A stretch of 32,000 bases of DNA from Edwardsiella hoshinae NBRC 105699 = ATCC 33379 (GTDB lineage Bacteria > Pseudomonadota > Gammaproteobacteria > Enterobacterales > Enterobacteriaceae), in contig NZ_BAUC01000010.1 of assembly GCF_000474215.1 (NCBI RefSeq), forward strand, positions 89,382 through 121,381, given 5' to 3'. Made by a program: the position numbers and the translations under genes. A model generated the notes under the pieces. It worked only from the letters and a program-made list of their open reading frames with translations, made no database searches and was not told the DNA's origin. Position 1 is the first letter of the stretch. The number at the start of each line of letters is the position of its first letter. Below, piece after piece: positions 18,610 to 27,629 of the stretch.

Positions 18610-18775
18610 AAAAATCGCCGTAAATCCCCGCATTTTTTCTCTAAAAAGCCATGCATGCATAGCGTGCATGGCTTTGCATGCGCCTTACGATATTTTCTAA
18701 CCCTCGCCGTGCCAGTCCTGGCGCGCCCTGCGCCGTCTCATGCACCTGCATTAAAAGCACCCCATGAAGCGGACA

Positions 18776-18794
18776 GGCGAGGCGGGGAAAGCAT
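18776..18794. other. cos cohesive-end sequence of P2/P4 type
   Basis: GGCGAGGCGGGGAAAGCAT matches 18 of 19 positions of the P2/P4 cohesive end GGCGAGGCGGGGAAAGCAC, recalled from memory. Confidence 0.7.
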
Positions 18795-18900
18795 TGCGCG
18801 CTAGGCGCTTAGCTAAAGTAATTGATTCAGAGGATAAAAACGCGTAGAAAAAGGTGTGAAACTTCCCCTATCAGTGCTCCACTTAAAGGATAAATAGAAA

Positions 18901-20586
18901 ATGAGCATTATTCACGTAAATCAAATTGGCAGCAAAGTTCAGGCGTTATTCGCTGATAAAATTGATAGCAGTGATCTCAATCCTAACGATAAAGAAATAC
19001 AAACTAAAAGATTGACTCGTTGTCTTTCTGCTTACGCTGTGTTTTGTATTGGAGATACCTCGATAGATGAGGCCGCGTCAGCAGTTGTTGATGGCGCCGA
19101 TGATAATGGTATTGATGCAATTCATTATTCTCCTTCAAGTAAAAGAATGATTATTGTTCAATCCAAATGGAAAAAGGATGGAACAGGAGAGCCTGATAAT
19201 GGTGATTTAAGAAAGTTTAAAGATGGTGTATTGGACCTCATTAATCTTGAGCTTGATAAATTTAATAACAAAATCAATCTAAAAAAACAGATGATTGAAA
19301 CTGCTTTAGGTGAGTTTGATACAAAATTTGATCTTGTTTTAATTCACACGGGTTCAAATACTCTAAGCAAACATAACCAACAAGTAATGGATTCAATTCT
19401 TAATGAATTAAACGATGCCGGTGATGGAACCAGTGAGGATGTTGTTAGTTTCCATCATCTAAATCAAGCGATAATTCATAGTGGACTTGCTTCGGGTATG
19501 GATGGGGAACCAATCGATCTGGAAATCGGTCTTTCACAATGGGGAAAAATTGAAGAGCCACATCAAGGTTTTTTCGGGATTGTAGCTGGCGAAGAAGTTG
19601 CAAATTGGTGGATAAAAAAGGGGAAAAGACTATTTGCCAAAAATATTAGACAAATGTTAGGTGCCACTGAAGTAAATGATGAAGTTAAGAGAACAATTGA
19701 AGAACAACCTGAGAAATTTTGGTATTACAATAACGGTATAACTATTGTTGCTGAATCTATAAAAAAATCGATGGTTGGTGGAAATAGTAGAGAGATTGGT
19801 TCGTTTAAAGCGAGCAATATCAGCATTGTTAATGGAGCCCAGACTGTAAGCGTAATTGGTAAATATGCGCAAGAAGGAGGGGAAAATCTTGCTAAATTGC
19901 GTTTACCTATCCGATTAATTTCACTAGAAGGTGCGCCAGAAGGCTTTGGTGCAACTGTGACAAAAACTAATAACCGTCAAAATAAAATCGAAAGCAGAGA
20001 CTTTGTTTCCTTAGATGATGAGCAAATACGGTTGAAAAGAGAACTGTCACTGGAAGGAATTGAGTATAATATAGTAAGAAGTGAGAACGTTAAAACATCT
20101 ACTAGCATAATCGATTTATCTGAGGCGACCATTGCATTGGCTTGTGCGTCTACGCAGGTTGGCCTAGCAGTTCAGGCGAAAAGAGAAATCGGTCGTTTCT
20201 ATGACAATCTTAATAAAGCACCATATAAAACAATTTTCAACCCGCAAACCAATGGCATTTATTTGCGAAATACTGTTTTCGCGTTACGCAGAATAGATGA
20301 AATAATCAGCTCAATGATTTCGAATATACCTAAAAAATCTGGCAAAGAATATGGTGTTCTTGTTCATGGGAATAGGATGTTGGCATTTTTGGTTTTTAGG
20401 AAGTTGGTAATACATAAAATCGCAAATAACTTTGATTTTGATATTTCTTCTATTGATTGGTATGAAACCACATCAGATATGCTTGGGAAATTAATATTTG
20501 AAATTGAAGAAAATTATAAGGATAAATTTCTTGCTAGTTTATTTAAGAATGCAAGTATTTGTAAGGCCATATCCGAGAAAATTTAA
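18901..20586 (+). CDS. Stand-alone AIPR-family (abortive infection phage resistance, PF10592-like) protein with an N-terminal PD-(D/E)xK-like motif
   Basis: 561 aa and strongly AT-rich. It has VVDGADDNGIDAIHY..MIIVQSKW near the N-terminus. The central segments NIRQMLG..FWYYNNGITIVA..ISIVNGAQT match the AIPR signature as recalled. It occupies the cos-int cargo slot. Confidence 0.75.
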   Translation: MSIIHVNQIGSKVQALFADKIDSSDLNPNDKEIQTKRLTRCLSAYAVFCIGDTSIDEAASAVVDGADDNGIDAIHYSPSSKRMIIVQSKWKKDGTGEPDNGDLRKFKDGVLDLINLELDKFNNKINLKKQMIETALGEFDTKFDLVLIHTGSNTLSKHNQQVMDSILNELNDAGDGTSEDVVSFHHLNQAIIHSGLASGMDGEPIDLEIGLSQWGKIEEPHQGFFGIVAGEEVANWWIKKGKRLFAKNIRQMLGATEVNDEVKRTIEEQPEKFWYYNNGITIVAESIKKSMVGGNSREIGSFKASNISIVNGAQTVSVIGKYAQEGGENLAKLRLPIRLISLEGAPEGFGATVTKTNNRQNKIESRDFVSLDDEQIRLKRELSLEGIEYNIVRSENVKTSTSIIDLSEATIALACASTQVGLAVQAKREIGRFYDNLNKAPYKTIFNPQTNGIYLRNTVFALRRIDEIISSMISNIPKKSGKEYGVLVHGNRMLAFLVFRKLVIHKIANNFDFDISSIDWYETTSDMLGKLIFEIEENYKDKFLASLFKNASICKAISEKI

Positions 20587-20610
20587 TCTAACCTCTCCGC
20601 TATATTAAGA

Positions 20611-20628
20611 ATGCCGCTTATGCGGCAT
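20611..20628. terminator. Bidirectional hairpin between the AIPR gene and int
   Basis: ATGCCGC-TTAT-GCGGCAT, with T-rich sequence after it on the plus strand. Confidence 0.55.
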
Positions 20629-20638
20629 TTGTCTATTA

Positions 20639-21811
20639 TCAGAAAACTGAATAGATATAATTACTGTACCATTGCATCATAGAGCGCCTTTTCTCTAAAT
20701 ACTGAGCATGGTTATATGTTCCACGAATACTATTTTTATCAACATGTGCCAATTGTATTTCAATCCATGAGCTATCAAACCCTTGTTCGTGCAATATTGT
20801 TGACATGGTATGTCGAAAACCGTGACCTGTAGCACGGCCTTTGTAGCCAATCAACTCAATTACCTGTGAAACACTTTCTTTTGAGATCGGCTTGCTACGG
20901 TTGCTCCTTCCAATAAAAATGTATGGGTAATGTCCTGTAATAGGATTGAGTTGCTCAAATAAGGTAATTACTTGTGTAGATAAGGGAACAATGTGTGGTC
21001 TACGCATTTTCATTCGTTCTGCCGGTATTTCCCATATACCCCTTTCAAGGTCTACTTCATCCCACGTAGCAAAGCGCATTTCCTGCGTTCTTACACCCGT
21101 TAACATGACTATCTTAGTCGCATTTTTAGTGATGATACTGCCGGTATAGGCTTCAAGATCTCTGATAAAATGAGGCAATTCTTCGGCGGATAAGAAAGGA
21201 TGATGTTTTTGCTTCGGTATGGCCAATGCGATAGCTAGATCAGGTGCAGGGTTATACTCAGCACGGCCAGTAATAATCGCGTATCTAAATACCTCTCCGC
21301 ACCGCTGGCGTACTTTACGTGTTTTCTCCAGTGCTCCACGTTTCTCAATTCGTCGCAACACTTCAAGTAATTCTAACGGTTTGATCTCACCGACAGGACG
21401 TTTGCCGATGAACGGGAAAACATCTTGCTCAAAGGTCTTAATGATTTCGTCGCGATATGCCACTGTCCAGCGGTCAGCTTTGTTTGCATGCCATTCGCGG
21501 CTTATGGCTTCGAATGAGTTTTCTGTTGAAAGCTGCTGTGCCAGTTTTTGCGCCTTCCGTTCCTCAACCGGGTCGATTCCATTAGCAACTTGCTTACGGG
21601 CGACCTCGCGCTTTTCACGGGCTTCTGCAAGGCTCACCAAATCGTGGCTACCAAATGACATTAACCGCGCTTTCCCGGCAAAGCGGAAACGGAAACGCCA
21701 GCCCTTCGAGCCATCGGGATTGATAAGCAATGACAGACCTTGCCCATCGTTCAATGTGTATGGCTTGTCTTGGGGCTTTGCTCGTTTGATTTGTATATCT
21801 GTAAGTGCCAT
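20639..21811 (-). CDS. int: P4-type tyrosine integrase
   Basis: 390 aa. The N-terminus (MALTDIQIKRAKPQDKPYTLNDGQGLSLLINPDGSKGWRFRF) is DUF4102-type. The catalytic region includes HGFRHT and an LAHVDKNSIRGTYNHAQY-type tyrosine motif. It lies adjacent to the tRNA 3' end. Confidence 0.9.
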   Translation of the reverse strand: MALTDIQIKRAKPQDKPYTLNDGQGLSLLINPDGSKGWRFRFRFAGKARLMSFGSHDLVSLAEAREKREVARKQVANGIDPVEERKAQKLAQQLSTENSFEAISREWHANKADRWTVAYRDEIIKTFEQDVFPFIGKRPVGEIKPLELLEVLRRIEKRGALEKTRKVRQRCGEVFRYAIITGRAEYNPAPDLAIALAIPKQKHHPFLSAEELPHFIRDLEAYTGSIITKNATKIVMLTGVRTQEMRFATWDEVDLERGIWEIPAERMKMRRPHIVPLSTQVITLFEQLNPITGHYPYIFIGRSNRSKPISKESVSQVIELIGYKGRATGHGFRHTMSTILHEQGFDSSWIEIQLAHVDKNSIRGTYNHAQYLEKRRSMMQWYSNYIYSVF

Positions 21812-21971
21812 GTGTATAAGCCCAAAATGGGTATAAAAAATCTATACACATCACTATACATATTTTTCATGGATTCAGGGAGAACTTGTCGGACGGTCAC
21901 GGATGAATGATTTACTATCTTATTTGAAAATAAAGGTTTTTTAGATGTTCTCGGATGAGTGCGGAGGAGGT

Positions 21972-21992
21972 TTGGCGGAAGATCACAGGAGT
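21972..21992. repeat. attR core, within the selC 3' end
   Basis: Identical to 12132-12152. Confidence 0.85.
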
Positions 21993-22067
21993 CGAACCTG
22001 CCCGGGACCGCTGGCGGCCCCAACTGGATTTGAAGTCCAGCCGCCTCACCGGAGACGACGATCTTCC
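21973..22067 (-). tRNA. selC: tRNA-Sec (anticodon UCA)
   Basis: The reverse complement is GGAAGATCGTCGTCTCCGGTGAGGCGGCTGGACTTCAAATCCAGTTGGGGCCGCCAGCGGTCCCGGGCAGGTTCGACTCCTGTGATCTTCCGCCA. It is 95 nt with a long extra arm and matches E. coli selC as recalled. Confidence 0.9.
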
Positions 22068-22117
22068 ATGCGGGCGGGAGTATACCCTAAAACCAAGAGC
22101 AACGCACAAGAGGATAT

Positions 22118-22141
22118 CCCTACCCGGCGCGCCGGGTAGGG
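22118..22141 (-). terminator. 24-nt perfect GC-rich palindrome after metL (probable terminator, weak U-tract)
   Basis: CCCTACCCGGCG/CGCCGGGTAGGG lies 8 nt beyond the metL stop codon. Confidence 0.45.
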
Positions 22142-22148
22142 TGAGACG

Positions 22149-24587
22149 TTATAACAGACGCGACAGATGGTTAAGATCTGATTGAATGGCACCCGCGGTA
22201 ACGTCCCGTCCGGCCCCAGGGCCCCGGATCACCAATGGATTATCACGATACCAGCGACTTTCGATGGCGAAGACGTTATCGCAAGGCAGCAACGCCGCCA
22301 GCGGATGGTCGGGCCGTACCGCTTCGACGCCAACGCGCGCCTTGCCATTGGCATCGAAACGAGCCACATAGCGCAGCACCAGCCCCATCTCATTGGCCGC
22401 CTCCAGGCGCTGGAGCATTTGCTCATCCAAAGCCTCGCTGTTTTCGAAGAAATGATCGATAGATCCCTGCTCTCCCCCGGTAGGGACCAACGACTCGACG
22501 CGTACCTGTGAGGGCTCGATGTCATAACCCGCCTCACGCGCCAAGATCACTAACTTACGCATCACATCCTGGCCAGAGAGATCGACCCGCGGATCTGGCT
22601 CGGTCAATCCCTGCTGCCAAGCCTGATCCACTAGGGCGCTGAAAGGGACCGTACCGTCAAATTGTAGGAACAGCCAAGAGAGCGTACCGGAAAAAATCCC
22701 GCTAATAGACAGGATGGTATCGCCGCTGTCCCGAAGGTCGCGCACAGTGTAATTGACTGGCAAGCCAGCACCGACGGTGGCGTTATACAACCAGTGACGC
22801 CCCGTCTTCTCGAACGCATCGCGGATCTGGCGGTATTCCTGACTCGCGGCGGCACCGGCCAACTTATTGGCACTAACCACATGAAAGCCATAGCTGGCGA
22901 AGTCACGGTACTGCTGCGCCAGCGACACACTGGCGGTCACGTCCAGCACGACCAAGTCGTCATAGGGATGGGCGCGCATCCACAAAAATAGTGCCTCCTC
23001 ATCCATCGTTTGGGCCTCTTCGTCGAAGAAAGCCAATGCCCGACTGGCATCTAACCCTTCGTAATTCAATAGGCTACGATTACTGTCGACCACCCCGGCC
23101 AAGATAAACTCGAAACCACTACGCGCAGAGAGGTTGCCCTGCTCGCGGGCGAACAGTTCCAGCCAGCGCGAACCGATATTCCCCTTACCGAACAGCACCA
23201 GACCGACGCGTTTTTCCGCCCGGAACAGCGAACTATGCAGACCTTGTACCAAAGCTTCGGTCGGTCCGCAGCGCAACACCGCCACCAGGCTGATACTCTC
23301 CTCCGACTGCCAGATAAACTCGACCGGTTGCTCTTTCAGCTGTTGATAAAAACGGTGCGCATGCAGCGGATTGCGGCTTACGCCGGCACCGACCATTGCC
23401 ACCAGTGCCAGACCATCGCGTAATTGCAGCAACCCAGGGATCGCCGACTCCTCCAACAACTTGAAGACGCTACCCACTACCTCGGCGGTATAGCACAACT
23501 GGATCAACCGGCGGTCGCGGTGAATACCGCGCGCCAATGGGCGCAGCTGCATACGCGTCAGGATGCGCTCCACTTCCTGCTGTACATGGTTAAACTCGTG
23601 GTCCGCCGGAACATGTAATTCAATCAGGCACACGTCGTCATGACTGGTGACAATCTTGGCGCCATTACCGCTGGCCAGTACCCGTTCAATGCGGGTCGAG
23701 CCTTGTTGTGGCTGATAGCTGCAACGCAGCTGTAAGTCGATATCGCTCGCAGAAACCGGCTGAAGCGTACGGGCATGCAATACCGGTGCCGCTAAGCGGG
23801 CCAGCTCGCTGGCCTCATCCAGGCGTAACAACGGCAGCAGACAGGCATCCTTTACCTTGCGCGGATCGGCACTGTAGACCCCAGCAACGTCGCTCCAGAT
23901 GGTCACCTTACGCACACCAGCCAAGGCACCGATCTGGGTGGCAGAGTAGTCGGAACCATTGCGCCCCAGTAGCACGCTCTCACCCGCAGCGTTGCGACTG
24001 ATAAAACCAGTCACCACTAGGCGCTTTGCAGGATGCTCGGCCAACAGTTTCTGCAATAAGGGGTGCGAACGCGCTTCATCGACCTGTGGCTGTGCGGCGC
24101 GCTCGGCGCAGAGAAAATCCCGTGCATCCAACCAGGCGGCTTCCATTCCCTGTTTCTGCAATACCGCCGCCATCAAACGGGCAGACCAAATCTCGCCGTG
24201 TCCTACCACCTCGGCATACACCGCGTCATCGACCGTACCGTCGAGTAGAACGGCCAGGCGCTCAAGATCTCGGATGAAACGCGCTACGAGTGGCTCTGCC
24301 ATTTCTGCTGGCAATAGCCCCGTGATTAGCTCACTCTGATAACGGCGCAGGGCCTGCTGTACCTGGTGGGCAGAGATCCGATCGCTCTGGCTGAGCTTCA
24401 ACCAGCTAATCAGTTGGTTAGTGGTACTGCCCGCCGCTGAAACGACCATCATGTCACCGGGTTGGCTATACTCCGCCATGATCCCTGCCACACGCAAATA
24501 ACACTTCACATCTGCCAGACTGCTGCCACCAAACTTATGCAGCTGGCGCTCTGCCGCTTGCTGCCCCGTTACCGCTTGTGCACTCAT
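22149..24587 (-). CDS. metL: Bifunctional aspartokinase II / homoserine dehydrogenase II
   Basis: 812 aa, against about 810 aa for E. coli MetL. It starts ..[11 protein letters not shown], lies immediately downstream of metB, and has an HDH C-terminal half. Confidence 0.9.
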   Translation of the reverse strand: MSAQAVTGQQAAERQLHKFGGSSLADVKCYLRVAGIMAEYSQPGDMMVVSAAGSTTNQLISWLKLSQSDRISAHQVQQALRRYQSELITGLLPAEMAEPLVARFIRDLERLAVLLDGTVDDAVYAEVVGHGEIWSARLMAAVLQKQGMEAAWLDARDFLCAERAAQPQVDEARSHPLLQKLLAEHPAKRLVVTGFISRNAAGESVLLGRNGSDYSATQIGALAGVRKVTIWSDVAGVYSADPRKVKDACLLPLLRLDEASELARLAAPVLHARTLQPVSASDIDLQLRCSYQPQQGSTRIERVLASGNGAKIVTSHDDVCLIELHVPADHEFNHVQQEVERILTRMQLRPLARGIHRDRRLIQLCYTAEVVGSVFKLLEESAIPGLLQLRDGLALVAMVGAGVSRNPLHAHRFYQQLKEQPVEFIWQSEESISLVAVLRCGPTEALVQGLHSSLFRAEKRVGLVLFGKGNIGSRWLELFAREQGNLSARSGFEFILAGVVDSNRSLLNYEGLDASRALAFFDEEAQTMDEEALFLWMRAHPYDDLVVLDVTASVSLAQQYRDFASYGFHVVSANKLAGAAASQEYRQIRDAFEKTGRHWLYNATVGAGLPVNYTVRDLRDSGDTILSISGIFSGTLSWLFLQFDGTVPFSALVDQAWQQGLTEPDPRVDLSGQDVMRKLVILAREAGYDIEPSQVRVESLVPTGGEQGSIDHFFENSEALDEQMLQRLEAANEMGLVLRYVARFDANGKARVGVEAVRPDHPLAALLPCDNVFAIESRWYRDNPLVIRGPGAGRDVTAGAIQSDLNHLSRLL

Positions 24588-24590
24588 CGC

Positions 24591-25751
24591 TTACCTCGTT
24601 GCTGCTGCCTGAAATGCCTGTTCCAGATCAGCGATTAAATCATCACCGTCCTCAATTCCCACGGATATCCGCAGCAGGCTGTCACTAATACCTGCCGCCC
24701 TGCGCGCTTCCGACGTTATGCCGGCGTGAGTCATGGTGGCGGCATGGGAGATCAGGCTCTCCACCCCCCCCAGGGACTCTGCCAGTGTAAACAGTTGCAG
24801 CGCTTTTAGGAAACGCCGTAAATAAGCCTCGCCACCCGCCAATTCAAAACTGAGCATGGCACCGAAACCACGCTGCTGGCGGCTAGCGATGGCGTGGCCA
24901 GGATGGTGTGCTAGCGAGGGATGATACAGACGCACGACCTGTGGTTGCTGTTGCAACCAGTCGACAATGCGTAAGGCATTGACCTGCTGTAAGGCGATAC
25001 GTGGTGCCAAGGTACGCAAACCACGCAATAACAGGTAGCTGTCGAAAGCCGCGCCAGTTACCCCAATGTTGTTACCCCACCAAGCCAACTCCTGGGCCAA
25101 CTCAGCCGTGCGCGCAATCACCGCCCCGGCCACCACGTCGGAATGACCATTCAGGTACTTCGTGCAGGAATGTAAGACCAGATCCGCCCCCAGGGAAAAA
25201 GGCTGTTGTAATATTGGAGTGAGAAAGGTGTTATCCACTGCTGCCAATGCGCCTGCCTGATGGGCGGCCGAACAAAGTGCGGCGATATCGACCACCCGCA
25301 GCAGCGGGTTGCTCGGCGTCTCGATCAGCAGCAGTTTCGGCCGTTGCGCCAGCGCCTGAGCCAGCGCCTGGGCATCGCTCTGATCGATGAAGATGACGCG
25401 AAAGGCGCCGCGCCGCGCTAAGCTATCGAATAACCGATAGCTGCCACCGTAACAATCATGCGGGGCCACCAACAGATCGCCGGGGGAGAGCAATGCCGTA
25501 CACATCAGATGGATCGCGCCCATACCGCTGGCGGTGATCACCGCGCCGGCCCCGCCCTCCAGCTCGGCCAGCGCGCGCTCGGCAACATCGCGCGTCGGGT
25601 TACCGCGCCGGGCATAGTCATGAGCGCGTGGCTGGTTGAAGTCGGTGAAGTTGTAAGTCGTCGAAAGATGGATCGGGGGAACCACGCTGCCATACTGCTC
25701 ATCGTCGTTCAATCCACAGCGCACTGCCTGAGTTGCCAGTTGATAGCCCAC
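24591..25751 (-). CDS. metB: Cystathionine gamma-synthase
   Basis: The ORF opens at 25808. A GTG at 25751, preceded by GGGAGGG, gives 386 aa collinear with E. coli MetB (..AVRCGLNDDEQYG..). The PLP lysine context is HSCTKYLNGHSD. Confidence 0.9.
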   Translation of the reverse strand: MGYQLATQAVRCGLNDDEQYGSVVPPIHLSTTYNFTDFNQPRAHDYARRGNPTRDVAERALAELEGGAGAVITASGMGAIHLMCTALLSPGDLLVAPHDCYGGSYRLFDSLARRGAFRVIFIDQSDAQALAQALAQRPKLLLIETPSNPLLRVVDIAALCSAAHQAGALAAVDNTFLTPILQQPFSLGADLVLHSCTKYLNGHSDVVAGAVIARTAELAQELAWWGNNIGVTGAAFDSYLLLRGLRTLAPRIALQQVNALRIVDWLQQQPQVVRLYHPSLAHHPGHAIASRQQRGFGAMLSFELAGGEAYLRRFLKALQLFTLAESLGGVESLISHAATMTHAGITSEARRAAGISDSLLRISVGIEDGDDLIADLEQAFQAAATR

Positions 25752-25812
25752 CTGGTTACACCCTCCCTGAGATAGTCGCAAGCAATGGATAGAGCGTAAC
25801 CGCTGCAAAATT

Positions 25813-25844
25813 GGACGTCAATACGTCCAGACATCTAAAAGTCT
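25813..25844. promoter_or_regulatory. Four tandem MetJ boxes (metB/metJ operator)
   Basis: The boxes GGACGTCA ATACGTCC AGACATCT AAAAGTCT are compared with the consensus AGACGTCT. They score 6, 6, 7 and 6 of 8 matches. Confidence 0.75.
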
Positions 25845-26047
25845 TTGCGTATGGATTGTGGTAGCGGAGATTAGTCGCTAAAATTGACTCAATCTCATCA
25901 TGGGTATCCATCGTCAGCACCGACGCATGAAACGCGATCTGCCGCTCGGATCCCCTCGAGTATCCCGCTTTGTGTTAGGGATACGGGATACAATCGGGCA
26001 TAATAGCGCGTTGGTTTCGGAATAATTTTTTGTGAAGGTATCTCCTC

Positions 26048-26368
26048 ATGGCAGCAGAATGGAACGGCGAATACATTAGCCCATACGCTGAACACGGCAA
26101 AAAAAGTGAACAGGTTAAAAAGATTACGGTATCCATTCCACTCAAGGTATTAAAAATCCTCACGGATGAACGTACCCGCCGTCAGGTGAATAACTTGCGC
26201 CATGCCACCAATAGCGAATTGCTGTGTGAAGCCTTCCTACATGCATTTACCGGCCAACCTCTGCCAGATGATGACGATCTGCGCAAGGACCGCAGCAACG
26301 AGATCCCCGAGGCCGCTAAAGAGTTAATGCGCCAGCTGGGGATCGACCCGGAAAGCTGGGAGTACTAA
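26048..26368 (+). CDS. metJ: Methionine repressor MetJ
   Basis: [73 protein letters not shown] is nearly identical to E. coli MetJ as recalled. Confidence 0.95.
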   Translation: MAAEWNGEYISPYAEHGKKSEQVKKITVSIPLKVLKILTDERTRRQVNNLRHATNSELLCEAFLHAFTGQPLPDDDDLRKDRSNEIPEAAKELMRQLGIDPESWEY

Positions 26369-27107
26369 CTCACTGGGCCGGCGGATACGGCGCCCCCTTG
26401 ACGCGCTTACCTACGACACCCGGCCCTGCCGCATTTTCACCCACTCACCGTATCGCCTCTCCGCTCGCGGAATGAACGCGTCATATGCTTATCTCGCTCA
26501 CACCTTTTTCCTGCTTGCCCCTCTCCCAGAAGACGCATCATCGCAGGACAAATCAATAATAGGTGATTTAGGTATTTATATTTTCAGCATTTTTTATTTT
26601 TAACGCATCATTTTTTAGAGTGTTTAGTATTTTAGATCAAATGCATTATTTTTAATAACATCATTCAAAATTTTTATTTTCATATTTTTAGATTAAAACT
26701 AAATAATTATGCAATGATAAATAAGCTAATTTTATCGAATTCGGTCAATTTCCATTATTTTTATATTATTGTTTTATAAGAATCGCAGCCTTTACAGCTA
26801 AAAATAACTTTCTTTATAGCTGATAAACCCAATTAATAGTGAAGTAATGGTGTTTGATTTTATAATTTCAACTTTGTACAGGAAAAGAGATCACATATAA
26901 TGCATCAAGCAATATAAAACACTATATTTTACGGGGAATAACAACCACGCCCATAAGAGGCAGTCGCGAATGTAGATTATTGCTAGCGATAACCGATAGC
27001 TCATTACAGCGTATATGACATGCCTGATCTCGGCGAGTTTGGCCAGACCCCATGGGGGGAAAGTAATCATGAGAGTGCCTCTTTCACATCAACGACGATA
27101 TCGATGT

Positions 27108-27127
27108 ACACCATATCGATATGGTGT
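27108..27127. promoter_or_regulatory. Perfect 20-bp palindrome ACACCATATCGATATGGTGT (candidate operator)
   Basis: Read directly from the sequence. It is one of five ATCGAT-centred sites in 27100-27212, upstream of the PapB-like gene. Confidence 0.4.
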
Positions 27128-27365
27128 CACCGCTTCCATACTGATTCATCAGAATGATATGTAAGAATAAGACACATTATTATCATCTATCGATAATCGA
27201 TGACATATCGATATTTTATTTAGTTAGTTAAAGAGTATTTTTTTATTGTCTCCCAACCTGATTGATCCGCCTTACTAGGGCGAGGCTACCACCCTTACCT
27301 GAAATTCATCAGACTAGGTAATAGAGGGGGGATGACGTTACTACTTAATTTACCGGTGGAATATT

Positions 27366-27629
27366 ATGAAAAAAATAGAATTCATTCATCCTGGTTATGC
27401 TTTGCAGCCTGGGGAAGTAACCGAAGAGCAATTTCGCCTGCTGGTCGATATCTCGTCCGTGCGTAGCGCAAAGGTCATCATGGCATTACGCGATTATTTT
27501 GTTCTGGGACACAGCAGGAAATTGGTCTGCGAACGCAATCAAGTCAATCCTGGTTATCTTTCCATTAAAATAAGGGAAATACAGGCGCTATGTAAGCGTA
27601 TCTTAGAACTTTACCCCCATCTCAACTAA
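27366..27629 (+). CDS. PapB/FaeB-family fimbrial-type transcriptional regulator (orphan)
   Basis: 87 aa. PGEVTEEQFRLLVDISSVRSAKVIMALRDYFVLGHSRKLVCERNQVNPGYLS parallels PapB (..SEMHFFLLIGISSIHSDRVILAMKDYLVGGHSRKEVCEKYQMNNGYFS..) as recalled. Confidence 0.75.
   Translation: MKKIEFIHPGYALQPGEVTEEQFRLLVDISSVRSAKVIMALRDYFVLGHSRKLVCERNQVNPGYLSIKIREIQALCKRILELYPHLN

Larger units (their letters stand above)
12132..21992. mobile_element. P4/phiR73-like phage satellite integrated in selC
   Basis: It is flanked by a 21-bp direct repeat of the tRNA-Sec 3' end. It contains alpha, vis, sid, delta, psu, cos and int in P4 prophage order. Confidence 0.9.

Noticed and set aside
21751-22185. Several 64-90-aa ORFs over the int-selC-metL junction.
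   Set aside because: They overlap the tRNA-Sec gene and the metL terminator, and they have no RBS and no family resemblance.
27069-27164. A 31-aa plus-strand ORF (MRVPLSHQRRYRCTPYRYGV...) overlapping the 20-bp palindrome.
   Set aside because: The only support is a G-rich stretch upstream. The composition is unconvincing, and the region is more simply explained as regulatory DNA.
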